A stretch of DNA of 63,675 bases, the filler included, from Ministeria vibrans ATCC 50519 (taxonomy: Eukaryota; Protista; Filasterea), in assembly GCA_943704425.1 (NCBI GenBank). It is 5 parts of 5 records of this genome, joined end to end, with 100 filler letters (N's around TTAATTAATTAA, not from the genome) between each part and the next. Parts side by side here need not be neighbours in the genome. Positions count along the whole stretch, not along the records: positions 43,806 to 62,425 come from CALSCP010001809.1; 4 more parts are not named here. One strand, given 5' to 3'. The notes beneath the pieces are model-generated. The model saw nothing but the letters and a program-made list of their open reading frames with translations, was not told the DNA's origin and searched no databases. This document shows, piece after piece, positions 47,184 to 60,491 of the stretch. The translations under genes and the position numbers were made by a program. How positions within the stretch are numbered: position 1 is the first letter of the stretch; each line of letters opens with the position of its first letter.

Positions 47184-50100
47184 TCATACGTCAAAGCCCT
47201 GATACAACGATTCACGACTCTTGGTTGACCCGCCGCGCGAATCCAGCTCAAACTCCTCTATGGCCGACCTGCCCGACAGCTGCGAGGGGCGTCGATTGTA
47301 CATGCCCATGTTCAGCTGACTCTCGTGCTCGTGCTCCTGCAGTGTTGTGCGTCGCTTGATCTTGCGCGCCAACATGGTCTCCTTGCGGTCGAGTCCACTC
47401 CCATTGCGTCGCGCGTCGGGTGACTCCTGGCCGTCGTCCATCGGCATCAGACGCGTACGTGAGCTACTGTGCTTGTGCCACAGCACCAACACCACAATAA
47501 GCACCACAATGAGCACAGCCGCCGCGACGCCACCCGCCACCGCCGCCACAGGAACACTCGATGATGAGCCGCCCGTCACCACCGGAGTTTGGCACTGCGC
47601 ACCCGTAAACGAGCCCACACACGCACACGTGTACGTATTGACGCCGTCCGTGCACACCCCGCTGTTCTGGCACGGGTTGGGCGCACAATCGTCAATGTTG
47701 ACCGCACACTCACTGCCCGTGTACCCACTCACACACGTGCACGTGTATGCCGACGCGCCGTCAGCACACGTGCCCCCATTCTGACAGGGCGAGCTCACAC
47801 ACTCATCCGGATTGCCTGCAAACGCGTAGCCACTGCCCGACACCCCTCCACACGACTGTGTCGTTGCACATGTTAGCGCGCGACGTCGGGACGTGCTCTC
47901 GGCGCCAGCCAGTGCAAATGATCCAGACGAATCCGACTTGAAGTACAGGAAGACGCCCGAGGACGAGCCAAGACCGTTGGGCGCACCCACATTGAACGCC
48001 TTGTTCACGGTAACCGACGCGGGACTCAGGCTGATGCGGATCATCACGTTGCTTCCGTGGAACACACCCGGAGGATACGCCGGTGCACCGCCCGAGCCCG
48101 GCGTCACCTGCTCAACCGCAATAGTCACGTCCGCACTAAACGTTCCCGGGTACACCTGCACGCTCACAGTGCCACCCAGCAGCGATACTGTCTGCTCGCC
48201 ACTGCCGGTCGTGAACACTAGCCCCGCCTGAGCACACTCGTCCCCAACAAAGCCCGACGCACACGCGCACGTAAAGCTGGCCACGCCATTCGTGCACACA
48301 CCACCGTTCTGGCACGGCATCGAACTACACTCGTCAATGTCCACCTCACACCGCGTGCTGGTGTAACCACTTTTGCACGCGCATGTGTACAGCGCTGCGC
48401 CATTGCTGCACGTCCCATCGTTCTGGCACGGCGACGATGCACACTCGTCCACGTCCTGGTCACAGTCGCTGCCAGTCCACCCTTGCGCACACGTGCATGT
48501 GTGCCCAGTGCTTACCGACGCACACGTACCACCATTTTGACACGGCATCGACACACAGTTGTCCGTCGTCGCGTCGCAAATGGCACCTGAAAAGCCGGTG
48601 CCGGTACAGTCACACGAGAACACATTGGGCGAGGGAGTGCTACACACGCCGCTGTTGGCGCACGGCGACGACGCACACTCGTCAATATCCACCTCGCACA
48701 GCGCGCCCGTGTAGCCAGAGTTGCAGGTGCACGTGAATCCATTCGCATTGTTGTTGCACGCTGCACTATTCTGACACGGACTGGACGCACACTCATCAAT
48801 GTCCGCCGAGCACACAATGCCACTGAAGCCCGTGTTCGTACAGTCACACGCAAAACTGTTCACACCATCGCTGCATGCACCTCCGTTCTGACACGGCGAC
48901 GACCCACACTCATCCACGTTCACAGCGCACGCAACGCCAGTGTAGCCCATGACACACGAACACGAGTATTGGTCCACGCCATCCACACACGTCCCTCCAT
49001 TCTCACACGGATTCGACGCACACTCCTCCATGTCCACCGCACAATCGTTACCCGTGTAGCCAGCCATGCACGCGCACGTGTATCCATTCACACCGTCCAC
49101 ACACGTCCCTCCATTCTCACACGGTGACGACACACACTCGTCAATGTTCGCCGCACACGTCGCACCAGTGTAGCCCGGCATGCACGCACACGTGTACCGG
49201 CCCGCTCCTGTGCTCGCACTCGACGACACCACCACCTGTCCCGTCATCACACTTGGATGGAAGTTGCACTGGTACGCCACAGTGCCAGCCGTGCTCATCA
49301 CCTGCTCGTACGTCGCGCCTCCATTCAGCGTTCCCGAGTCAAACGACAACGGACCCGACACGGTCGTCACAGTGTGCGTACCCGAGAGAACACTCCAGCG
49401 CACCACATCGCCAATGTTGGCCGTGTTTGATGCGGGCACACAGTTTGCTTCAAGGCACCAGTCCACCGCGACAACACCCTGCTCACTGCACGTCCCACCA
49501 TTCACACACGGGTTTGACGCACACTCGTCAATGTTCTGGTCACACAGCGTGCCTGTCAAGCCCTGCGAACACACGCATGCAAAGTTGGCACCCAGCGACT
49601 GGCACGTTGCCGTGCTCATGCACGGGTTGCTCAAGCAATTGTCGGTCGACGAGTCGCAGAGGGTGCCGGTGAAACCCGTACCGGTACAGTCGCACGAGAA
49701 TCCATTGACCGCGTCCGAGCACACGGCCGAGTTGGCGCACGGCGACGAAGCACACTCGTCAATTCCACTTGCACACACCTCGCCTGTGAAACCCGACAGG
49801 CATGTGCACGAGAATCCATCCACTCCATCAATGCAAGTAGCACCATTCGTACACGGCGATGACGCACACTCGTCAATGTTCACATTGCATAAAGTGCCTG
49901 TGTAGCCAGCGCTGCACACACACGAGAACATGTTCACGCCATCGACACAAGTGGCGCCGTTTTCGCAGGGCAACGACACACATTCCTCAATGTTCACGTT
50001 GCACAACTCATCGGTGAAACCGAGCACACACATACACGAGTACATGTTCACTTCGTCGACACAGCTGCCACCATTTTGACATGGGTTCGAGGCACACTCG

Positions 50101-52340
50101 TCCACGTCCACGTCGCATGCCGCGCCTGTATAGCCAGGAATACACTCGCATGTGAACGTGTTGGGAGTGGTGTGCGTACACGTGCCACCCTGCTCACACG
50201 GACTCGAAGCACACTCATCAATGTCCTGTTCACACCGCGTGCCTGTCCAACCCGCCACACATGTACACTGAAACGCGTCCGCCATGTCGGTGCAGGTGCC
50301 TCCGTTGAAACATGGCCCGGACGCACACTCGTCAATGTCCGTCTCGCACTGGTCGCCTGTCGTACCCGCCGGGCACTGGCACGTAAACTTGTTCACACCG
50401 TCGACGCACGCAACACTGGGCGGACATGGCGACGATGAACACTCGTCAAAAAAGGTACACGAGTATCCATTGATCTCGTTAACACAGGTGCCACTTTCGG
50501 CACAGGGCGACGATGCGCACTCGTCAATATCCACCTGGCAAAAGAAGCCCGTGTAGCCCGCATTGCAGCTGCAGGTAAATTTATCAATGCCATCAACACA
50601 CGAGCCGCCCACGCTGTTGCATGGCGACGAGTGGCACTCGTCAATGTCCGTTTCACACCGATCGCCCGTGTAGCCGTTTTCACAGGCACACAAAAAGGCC
50701 GCCTGAAGATCAAAGCATGTGCCCCCATGCATGCAAGGCGCAGTCGCACACTCGTTTACGGGTTGCGTGCACAACGTTCCCGAAAAACCCGTCTGCGAAC
50801 AGTCACATTCGCCGTTGCCCGAACACACACCGCCATTCTGGCAGGGTGACGACGCACACTCGTCAACGTCCGACTCGCACATGTCTCCGGTAAAGCCAGT
50901 GGCGCACGAGCACTGGAACGAGCCGGCGCCCGACTCGAAACACCCACCACCGTTGGAGCAGGGCGACGACGCACACTCGTCAATGTCAACGTCGCACTGA
51001 GCACCTGTGAAGCCCGGCGCGCACACACACTCCACACTGTTGACGCCGTCCAGACACTGGGCCCCGTTGGCACACGCACCCTCACAGTCGTCAATGTTCT
51101 CGCTGCATGTCACACCCGTGTACCCCGTCTCGCAGGAGCATGCGAACGCCGCACCGTTGTTGGCACAGGTTGCGCCGGAGACACATGGCGAACTAGCACA
51201 TGCGTCGGTGGCAGAGTCACACAGCATACCGCCAAAGCCAGTCGATGTACAGTCACAGGTAAACTGGTTGGCGCCATTCAGACACACACCGCCATTCTCA
51301 CACGGCGACGATGCGCACTCGTCCACGTCCGACTGACACTGCGCGCCTGAATAGCCCGTGTTGGAACAGTCGCACGAGTACGAATTGATGGCGGGTGTCG
51401 AACACGCGCCATTGTTCTGACAGGGCGACGAAGCACACTCGTCAACGTCAACGTCGCACAGCGTGCCTGAGTAGCCGGTGCCGGCGCACGAGCAGGTGAA
51501 ATCGTCGTTGATGCCGTCCTGACAGAAACCCTGATTGAGGCAGGGCGACGACTCACACGGACTCGTCACGCCCGTCTCCGTCACCACAATCTTGCCGGTG
51601 ATGTAGGTGCGAGTAGGGTCCACAAAACGGTAGGTGCCCAACTCGTGGAAAATATACATGCCACTCGCACCGGGCGCCAGTGTGAAGTCAAACAGCGGCG
51701 GGCTGCTCGTCTGTTGCAGGCCCATTGTCACCGTGTCGGTGTTGGTGAACACCACCACGGTGTCCTTTCGAATGGTTTGACTCAGCGGGTAGCACTGTGG
51801 TGTATCCGTGCACCAGTTGAGAGACAGCAAGGCGCCTGTCACCTCAGGCGGAATGATGGTCGTTTCGGCAGCCACCTGCGTCGTTTGCATCTCGATGACC
51901 GTTGTGGGAATGGCCACGGGACACACAATCGAGACGTCTTCGCTATGGCCGCAGTTATTTTCACCCACAGGCAGATGAGAGCAGTCGAGCAAGGTAGCCT
52001 CGTTGCCATTGCACTGCACGTCGTCAAGTAGAATGCTGCCGGTGCCCTCCAGATTGCCTACCAACACCTCCCCGGGTGCCGTAAAACCCATCTGATTACA
52101 AGCAACACGTCCAGCAAACGAATCAAATGCATCGTCGCAAACGGTTCCCCACTCGCCACAGTACTTGATCTCGAGACGGCCCTGGTTCGACGTTGCTCCA
52201 CCCACCAGTCGCAGCATTCCATTGTCTGCTTCCTCCAAACACACTCCAGCCTGAGAACTCTCCGCCAAGACTGTCGTCGCTTCCGGTGGACTGCGCGTCG
52301 GCAAAGGATCTCCAGCACACAGCACACCAACGTCCTCGCT

Positions 52341-52436
<96 letters not shown>

Positions 52437-55400
52437 AAAAAAAAACAAAGTGATAGGAGAGTGAGGAGGGAAAAGCAAAAAGGAAAAAAAGAGGGAAAGA
52501 TACAAAGAAAGAAAAAGAGAGTCAAAGATAAAAAAGATAGTAATAGTTTGTGTGTGTGAGAGAGAGATAAAAGAAACAAAATGATAAAGAATAGGGTTGG
52601 GTTTAGGGTTAGAGCGAAAAAAGAATTTTTTTTAGGCTTTTTGTGTTTTTCGTACTTGTGATTGCAGTTGTGTTGAGAGGAGTGAGCGCACTGGCTGAGG
52701 GTGTTCTCCCAGCCGGCACACTCAAGGTCGTCCAAGAAAATCTCGCCTGTTGCTTCGGGAATGGGCAGGGTCGACGAAGGGAAGAAGGAGGCACTGGTGG
52801 CGCCATAGCCCAGCTGATGGCATGCAATCATGGCGTTGGTGTTCGCCGTGGTCCACGAACCATCGTCGCACACGGTGCCCCACTCACCACTGGCACCCAA
52901 GTACTCAAGACGGCCCTGATCAGGCGAAGAACCTCCCACCAGTCGAATAGAGCCGGTAATAGTGGGCAACACAGTCTCGGCCGGAATGTGAGTGGTCTCG
53001 GGCACAATGACTGTGGTCTCATCGCCACGAAGCACACCTGCACAGCGCACTGCCACATCTTCGGCGTGCGAACAGTCACTTACGCCAAGCGGTGCATGTG
53101 TGCACTCGAGTAGCGTGTTTTCATTGCCCACACACTCAGTGTCGTCCAGGCCAATGCCTCCCGTACCCTCCCCAAACGTATTCGCAATGGTACTCGCCTG
53201 TGTCGAGGGCAAGCCCATTTGATGGCATGCCACGCGTGCGTTCAAGTTTGAAAAGCCCCACGTGCCATCATCGCACACCGTTCCAAACTGTCCATTGGCC
53301 ACAATCTCAAGGCGTCCCTCGGTGCTTGTCGCACCCGTGCCGGCCAAGCGTAAAAAGCCTGCACCCAGCGTCTCTGTTGGAATCACCGTAGTCTCCGCAG
53401 CAATACCACGGTTCGACGGCAACAAGTCACCCTGACACGTCAGTCCAATGTCCTCCTGGTGACCACAGTTGCTTGCATCGGGAAGTGACGTGTGCGGACA
53501 CGACAGCAAACTAAATTCAGTGCCGTCGCACGTGACACTGTCCAAGTTGATGGCGCGCGTCTCAGGGGGCGATGGGTACACGGTGCTTGCGTCGTAAAAG
53601 GTTGCATTTGATGCAGGCAGGCCCATTGAAAAGCATGCAACCTTGAGAACAAATCGAGAAAAAAAAGGCAGAAAGGGGAGCGAAAGAAGGGAGAAGAGAG
53701 GAAGAAAAAAAAGTAATATAGTAGGAGGGATAAAGAAACGAACCGAGAGAGAGAAAAAGGACAAAGCGATATGAAGAAAGAGAAAGTGAGAGAAAAAAAA
53801 GAAAGAAAGAAAAAAAAGAAAGAATGAAAAAAAAGAAAGAAAGAAAAAAAAGAAAGAAAGAAAAAAAAGAAAGAACAACAAATGAGAAAATGACACACAC
53901 AATTGCTTGATTTTACTTACTTGAGCATTGTTGATGCCAGTGGCATCAAGCCAGGTGTCGTCGCACACCGTTCCCCATCTTCCATTGATCAAAACCTACA
54001 TCAACATGAAAACAATCATAATCATTAAGATGTAAGTAATAATATAATAGAAGAAAACGAAGAAGACATTTCCAAAAATAATTAGAGAAGAAGAATAAGA
54101 ACACATTTCCAAAATAAAATAATAATAATAATAATAATAATTATTATTATTATTATTAATAATAGCTTTGTAGGTACCTCCAATCGACCTTGAGAGGACG
54201 AAGGGCCGTCAACAAGACGAAGTGAACCGGTCGGGAGATTGGTCTCAAAGGGCTCGGGAATGCTGGTGGTCGCTGAAGGATCGACATAGGGAACGCGCGT
54301 CTCGAGAACGCCCGCACACTCGACACCCACCTCTTCGCTGCCCAAGTTACAGTCATGAGCGCCAATGGCAACTCCACGACGACACTGCAACAGATTATCT
54401 TCGACACCGTGACAATCCAGCTCGTCAAGCCACATTGTTGCAGGTGGTGCGCCCGGGTAGCGGCTGTTGGGTACCACTGTTGCGGCAGTGCTGGGCAGTC
54501 CCAGCTGAGCGCAGACTACTCGTGCGTCGTCAGCGTCAAAATTGTCGTCGCACACGCCGCCCCACACTCCGTCGTACAAAACCTGCAAATGACAACATAC
54601 AAATAAGAATACTACTCACACCATGTAAAAATGAATTGACATCACCTCGACACGACCCATTGTGCTCTCGGTGCAGCCTGCAAGCCGAACAGAACCGTCA
54701 GTGCCTGCTTCGCTGGTCGGCAGGACTTGGCTGGATGGAGTGCACAAGTAGGCGGCGGTCGTCTCAGCCGCTTGTGTTGTCTCGGCCATACAGATCACAC
54801 CCACGTCCTCCTGATGCGTGCAAGGAGCGTTTCCAATGGGGCTGCGAGGACACGCGAGAATGTCCGTTTCGTCACCCACACAGTTGATGAGCTCCCCAAA
54901 GACAGGGCCCACCGGATCGGGCGTGTTAGGAAAGGACAGGCCTGCAAACTGCACTGTAGTGCCTGTGGCATAGCCAAGTTGACGACACGCCACCATGGCA
55001 TTGTTGGAGTTCGTCGTCCACCCTTCACCACAAAACGTGGCATAGGCAGAACTGGAGGAAAAAAAAAAAAAAGAGAAACGTTCGTCATCACAACCCTCAA
55101 TTCAAAAAAAAGAAGGTAATATTACTCTGTGAGCACTTCGAGACGACCCTCGTTGTGAGCGCCACCGACCATACGAAGGGTTCCGGGCACACCACTGGCA
55201 AAAGGCCAGGCAGCCGTCGTGGGTGCCTCGATGCAGCTGAGAGCGACATCCTCACTATGGTCACAACCGGTGTTCTTGAAACCAATGAAGGGACAGTTGA
55301 GCAGCGACGACTCGCTACCGGTACACTGCACGCCCGTCACCAAGATGGGCGTGGTATCAGCAACCGCTGTGAATTCAATGTTGTTGATGACAGTCGCTCC

Positions 55401-56813
55401 TGACGTTGGCAGACCCAGTTGCTCGCAGACTACTTTGGCGTCAACCATGTCAAAGCCGTCGTCGCAAACGGTGCCCCACTGATTGTTGTAGTTAAGCTCA
55501 AGAATGCCAGTGTCCGATGACGTGCCTCCTGCCAGGCGCACATTGCCGCAGGGAAGCGTGTTGCACAAGATGGTCGTTGTAGGTGCAGGTGCCACCTGAG
55601 CCGAAGCGAATCCAGCACAGACGACACCCGCGGCAAAAGCCGGCGACTGACAACCAGTGGAGTCGACGGATGCACGCAGACACGCGTCAAGACGAGATTC
55701 AGCGCCAGAACATGTAAGCGAGCTATACGCGAGAGGCACACCGTTGGCACCACCAAAGCTCGAGGCTTGTGCAGCAGTGAAGGGAAGGCCCAGCTGACGA
55801 CAAATCACCTGAGCGTCGCGTTCGTCATACTTGGGATCAAAACACACGTACGACCACACATCGTTGACTAACACCTCGACACGTCCATTCTCACTTGACG
55901 TGCCATCCACCAGGCGCAAAGTTCCCTCCGCCACCGAGCTGCTAGCAGTTTCTCGCGGCCCTGGAGCCTGATCAGTGCACCTGCATAAAAATAAAAAGAA
56001 AGAAAGAAAGAACGAGGGCGTACGGAGTAACATTAGTACTATTATTGTTGGAAAAGAAATATTTATGACTGTTTTCCTACTGAATCATAATGTCACTATC
56101 GTGAGTGCAGGAAGGTGAATCAGGCCAGAAGGTGGCGGTACATTCAGCGAGGGTTGATTCGGAGCCGGTGCAACTAATGTCGGTGACACCAATAGCGGCG
56201 CCTTGAGCACTGTTTGGGGGTCGTGGGCCGGTATAGACGCGAGCGCCGGCAGTTGGGAGTCCCAGTTGACGGCAAGTGACAGTGGCGGCATTGTTGTTAA
56301 ACGACGTGCCGCATGTGGACGAAACGTCTAAGTTGGGGAGCAGCTGCAACGAAAGGTAGCCCCAATTGGCGTCGGGAAAAGGCGTGTCGGTGGGCAAGTT
56401 AAGAAGACTGATGTTGCCAATGGTGGGGATGGCTGAAGGAATGGCACTGGGAATGGCTTCGCAGACGACACCCACATCTTGTGCGTGGGTACACGTCGTC
56501 TGGTTGACAAAATTGCTATTGCCCCCAACGCACTCGAGCAGGTTGGCCTCGTTGCCGGTGCACTTGAGATTCTTCAGCCAAATGGTGCCGGTGCCGGCGG
56601 TGTAGATGTCTTCGGACGTGGCCGGCGACAAAATGGCACGTGCACCCGACACAAAGGCCTCCGGGATGCCCGCACACACCACGCGCGCGGCAGCGTCGTC
56701 AAACGACCCATCCGTATCGCAAATAGTACCCCATTCAAAGTTCCAAAACACCTGGGGGGATAGAGAAGATATGATTAATGTCAAAAAGTAAAAGAAAAAG
56801 AACCGCAATTAAG

Positions 56814-56845
<32 letters not shown>

Positions 56846-59562
56846 TAATAATAATAACAATAATAATAATAACAATAATAATAATAACAATAACAATAAT
56901 AACAATAATAATAATAATAATAATAACAATAATAACAATAATAATAATAATAACAATAATAATAATAACAATAATAACAATAATAATAATAACAATAATA
57001 ACAATAATAATAATAACAATAATAACAATAATAACAATAATAATAATAATAACAATAATAATGAGAAGAAGAAAAAAAGATTAGAGAAGACAATAATTAA
57101 TGGAAAATCGATTCACAAGGAAGAAAGCATTAAGATTAAGAATAGATAAAAAAACAATACAATAAAAGAATAATTTCGAAACATTGGAAAAATATTGTGC
57201 ATACCTCGACACGACCGAGCTGAAATCCCGAGGTGCGGACCGTGCCAAAGGAGTTGGTGGGAATTGCAGGGATGTCTGTGGGCTCAACGGGGCCGATTGT
57301 GTCGAAGGCTTCGACTATTTCGCACCGGAGGGAGAGTGCCTTGGACGCGGTACAGCCGGCGGGCACAGTGGACGCCGAGAGGAGTTGAGCCGAGGAGCAT
57401 TGGTTGACGGTAGACTCGGTGCCGGAGCACCCGAGACCGGCAAGGGCAAAGAACTGGCCGCCCGACGCGATGTCCGCGAAGGAGACTTCGCTGGCGGTGG
57501 CATTGACAAAGCCCAATTGGCGGCACGCAACAATGGCGTCCTGTGTGGTAAAGCCAACGGTGCACACTGACTCGGGGCCATTGTTCTGGACAGTCACAGC
57601 GCCTGTGGTCAGATCGATCTGTAGGAAGACTTCGGGGAACTGGATGGCAAAGGTGCCTCCGGATGCGCCATGATCGACCACAAAGCGCATGTTGCTCGCT
57701 TGCCAGTTGTAGTCGTAGACGAGTTCCTCAGGTAGATCCTGCGTGGCAAAGATGCCCGAGACAAAGCTCATGTTGGTAAAGGTAAAAGCGCCCATGACGG
57801 TGAAGGTGAGGTCCAGGTCCATAGAGCACCCATCGCCTGGAGTGGACGAGATGACCAGGCCAGTGTTGGCGGCGGCACGGTAGGCCGGAGTGGTCACGGC
57901 CGACGTGAGCATGGTGGGCTGCGCCGTTGACTGCACTACGGCAAACATTTGATCGGAAGGCACCGTGACCGACTGGGCAATGGTGCACGACGTTGAGGTA
58001 GTCGTGAGCTTGAACTTGACGTTGACTGCCTGCACATCGTTGGCGTTGGGCGGCGCTGAGCTGAACGTCTTGCCGCTGGGAGCGGAAATGTCAAGTGACA
58101 AATCGCCGGTAGAAAAGCGCAAGTCCATTAAAACGGTACCTTGGCAGCCCGAGGGCACCGTACAGCTGCTTGAAGCGCCCCCAGTGATAGCTAAGTACGA
58201 CTCGACGTAGCCTGTGGAAGGATGAGCGCAGAGGAGACCGCCCGAAGTGACGGTCCCCGAGCACACGGACATACCTGTGAGCACCTGCATGGGTGCGGTG
58301 ATGCGAATGGCAACGGGATCCGGCGGCGGCGGAATGATTACGGTTGTTTGTGCGGGCAAGACGGTCGTCTCGGGAATGACTGTGGTCTCGGGGAGAGTTG
58401 TCGTCTCGGGTTCGGCGATGAAAGTAGGTTCGGGGTCGGGAACTTTGTTCTCAATAACGCCTCCGGGACCGGATGGGAACACAATGAGGTTCCAGGCATT
58501 GCTTTGAAAGTTGTTCCAGGTCGTGGTTGCGGACGCGCCAAAGTTGACCGTGGCCAGCGGCCCCCAGTTTGAATTCAGAATGACCTCTTGAATGCTGACC
58601 TTTTGTGACACCTCCACGAGTCCCTCAAGCTTGATTGAACAGGTATTACTACTACCATCGGCGGTAATTTGAAGCGAGTTGCTGTAGGTAAACGGCAGCA
58701 GCGCAGTGACTTCGCTTGGCGGCACAAGCGGCGCCGTGAGACACGTTTCATGTGATGATTCAGTGCACATGAGCGCAAAGGCATATGAATTGGCCGAGTC
58801 TGCTGAAAGCGATCCAATATTGGCCGACGAACAACTTGCCACAGTCAATTCAATGCCTGCATAAATGTACCACTTGCCACCCGGCTGGATACAAACAAAC
58901 AAAAAAAACATTGTATATTAGTGCGTCCTTGGGGTTGTGCGGTGTTTGGTCGTTGTTTACTGGAGGAGTCAATTCCAGCACCAGTTCAGCAACAGGCTCG
59001 TTATTGACTATCTGGGGTCGCATAGAAAGGGGAGCACTGACGCCCTCAATGGGCCCTACAAACAACCAGCGATCGCGAGCGAGAATGGAATTTGAATGCG
59101 GTCTGCTTTTTGCCCGTTTCATGATTTTGACAGACGTACGAGAGTAGTCGACTGTCACACTGCCGGAACAGTCACCGTTGGTACACGATGGCGACAGGTC
59201 TTCGGCTTCAGCGTGCATCTGTATTGAGAAAAGAGCAGAAAAACGAAAAACATGTATTTTTTTTTAGCGAGGAGTGGCACTCCTTTCGGTGATGATCTGG
59301 GGCCTTTTGGACGGCATTGAGTCTACTTACGGAGTAGCCTCCTTCGCCACTGGCCATTGGGAAAGGACAAAACGCGCTGGGGTGGAAGAGAGAGGAGACG
59401 AGAGTGAGTGAGGGTTTGTGACTTCCTTGTGACATTGATTGAAGCGGATGCACGGGGCGGGCGGGGAGGGCAGCCGCTGTGGCGCAGCCGGTCAGTGCCG
59501 AGGAGGACCCAGGGTGATTGCGCAATGGAGCGTGACACCACACAGGAAAGTAAGACGGCTGT

Positions 59563-59598
<36 letters not shown>

Positions 59599-59847
59599 TT
59601 TTCTGTCGATTGAAGATCAGACGAATAGTAAAGAGGGTGGGAAGAGAAAGTGCGTCGCATCGTACCCCATGTTACTGACAGTACTTGAGCATGTTGTGCG
59701 CTCTGTGCCGACAGAAGACAATTCGAATATGACAACATTTTGGTTAGGCTCAAAGAAGAGATAGTCTGGGAGTTGGGCACGACAGAGGGGCAGTGCCGCA
59801 ACGACAGAGAGTGCCACGAGGAGCGTGCGCACACTCTGAGAGACCAT
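47184..59847 (-). CDS. Giant type I membrane receptor: signal peptide, unknown N-terminal domains, ~11 SRCR, 2 cupredoxin-like, ~30 EGF, ZU5-like, TM, short tail
   Basis: MVSQSVRTLLVALSVVAALPLCRA; repeated RLVGG..GRLE..WGTVCDD..A.VAC.QLG..LDD..C.G.E..L..C..H.EDV.V.C; DIDECASSPC arrays; TM VAAVAGGVAAAVLIVVLIVVLVLW; GT-AG introns fall between and within SRCRs. Confidence 0.92.
56815..57062. repeat. Intronic (AAT/AAC)n microsatellite
   Basis: Direct inspection. Confidence 0.95.
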
Positions 59848-59896
59848 AACAAAAAAAAGTAATAATTTTATTTTTATTTTTTAGTAATATTAATTA

Positions 59897-59962
59897 GAAG
59901 AAGAAGAATACAACCCATTTATTAATGATACAGTCACCACGCGAAGACACAGCCAGACCGCC
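59897..59962 (-). mobile_element. ~66-bp SINE-like or 5'-truncated retroelement copy with TTC tail and apparent 6-bp TSD
   Basis: taatta-[gaagaagaagaatacaacccatttattaatgatacagtcaccacgcgaagacacagccagaccgcc]-taatta. Confidence 0.6.
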
Positions 59963-60491
59963 TAATTAAGTTGTTCTGTGTTCAAAGTTTGTGGAAAGTT
60001 TTTTTTTGTTGTCGCTTTTGATATTGATATTGATATTTAAAATATAAAATGGAAATATTTCTCTTCTTCCTGTTGGTTTGCTTTATTCATTTTATGACTA
60101 CAATCAACTCAGACCGTGCTGCACGATTCCGTGGCGAATCATCGTTGTTGAAGACGCCAGCGAGTCAATCGTCCGTTTTTGTGGCGGGTTCATTTTCGAA
60201 TGGTCAATCAACGTCAACCAAAAGTCGCCACGGCGTTCGATGTGCTCGACCGGACACACCGGTGTACGTCGAACGACTCCCTGGCGAATATGGCGCCCCC
60301 GATACCTTTTGGTTTGGCCGCCAGAACCTAGTGCGCTCGACAGGCCACAGCGGTGGACATTTTGCACGAAAGGCGCTTGGAAAATGTTGTTGTAGCGCTT
60401 CGACGTCCCCATCGCGTTGTCTGCCCGCCTCCGCCGTCTGCGATCCATCGTACTGGCTGCCTTACACCCTTGGTCATGATTTGTCGCAGCG

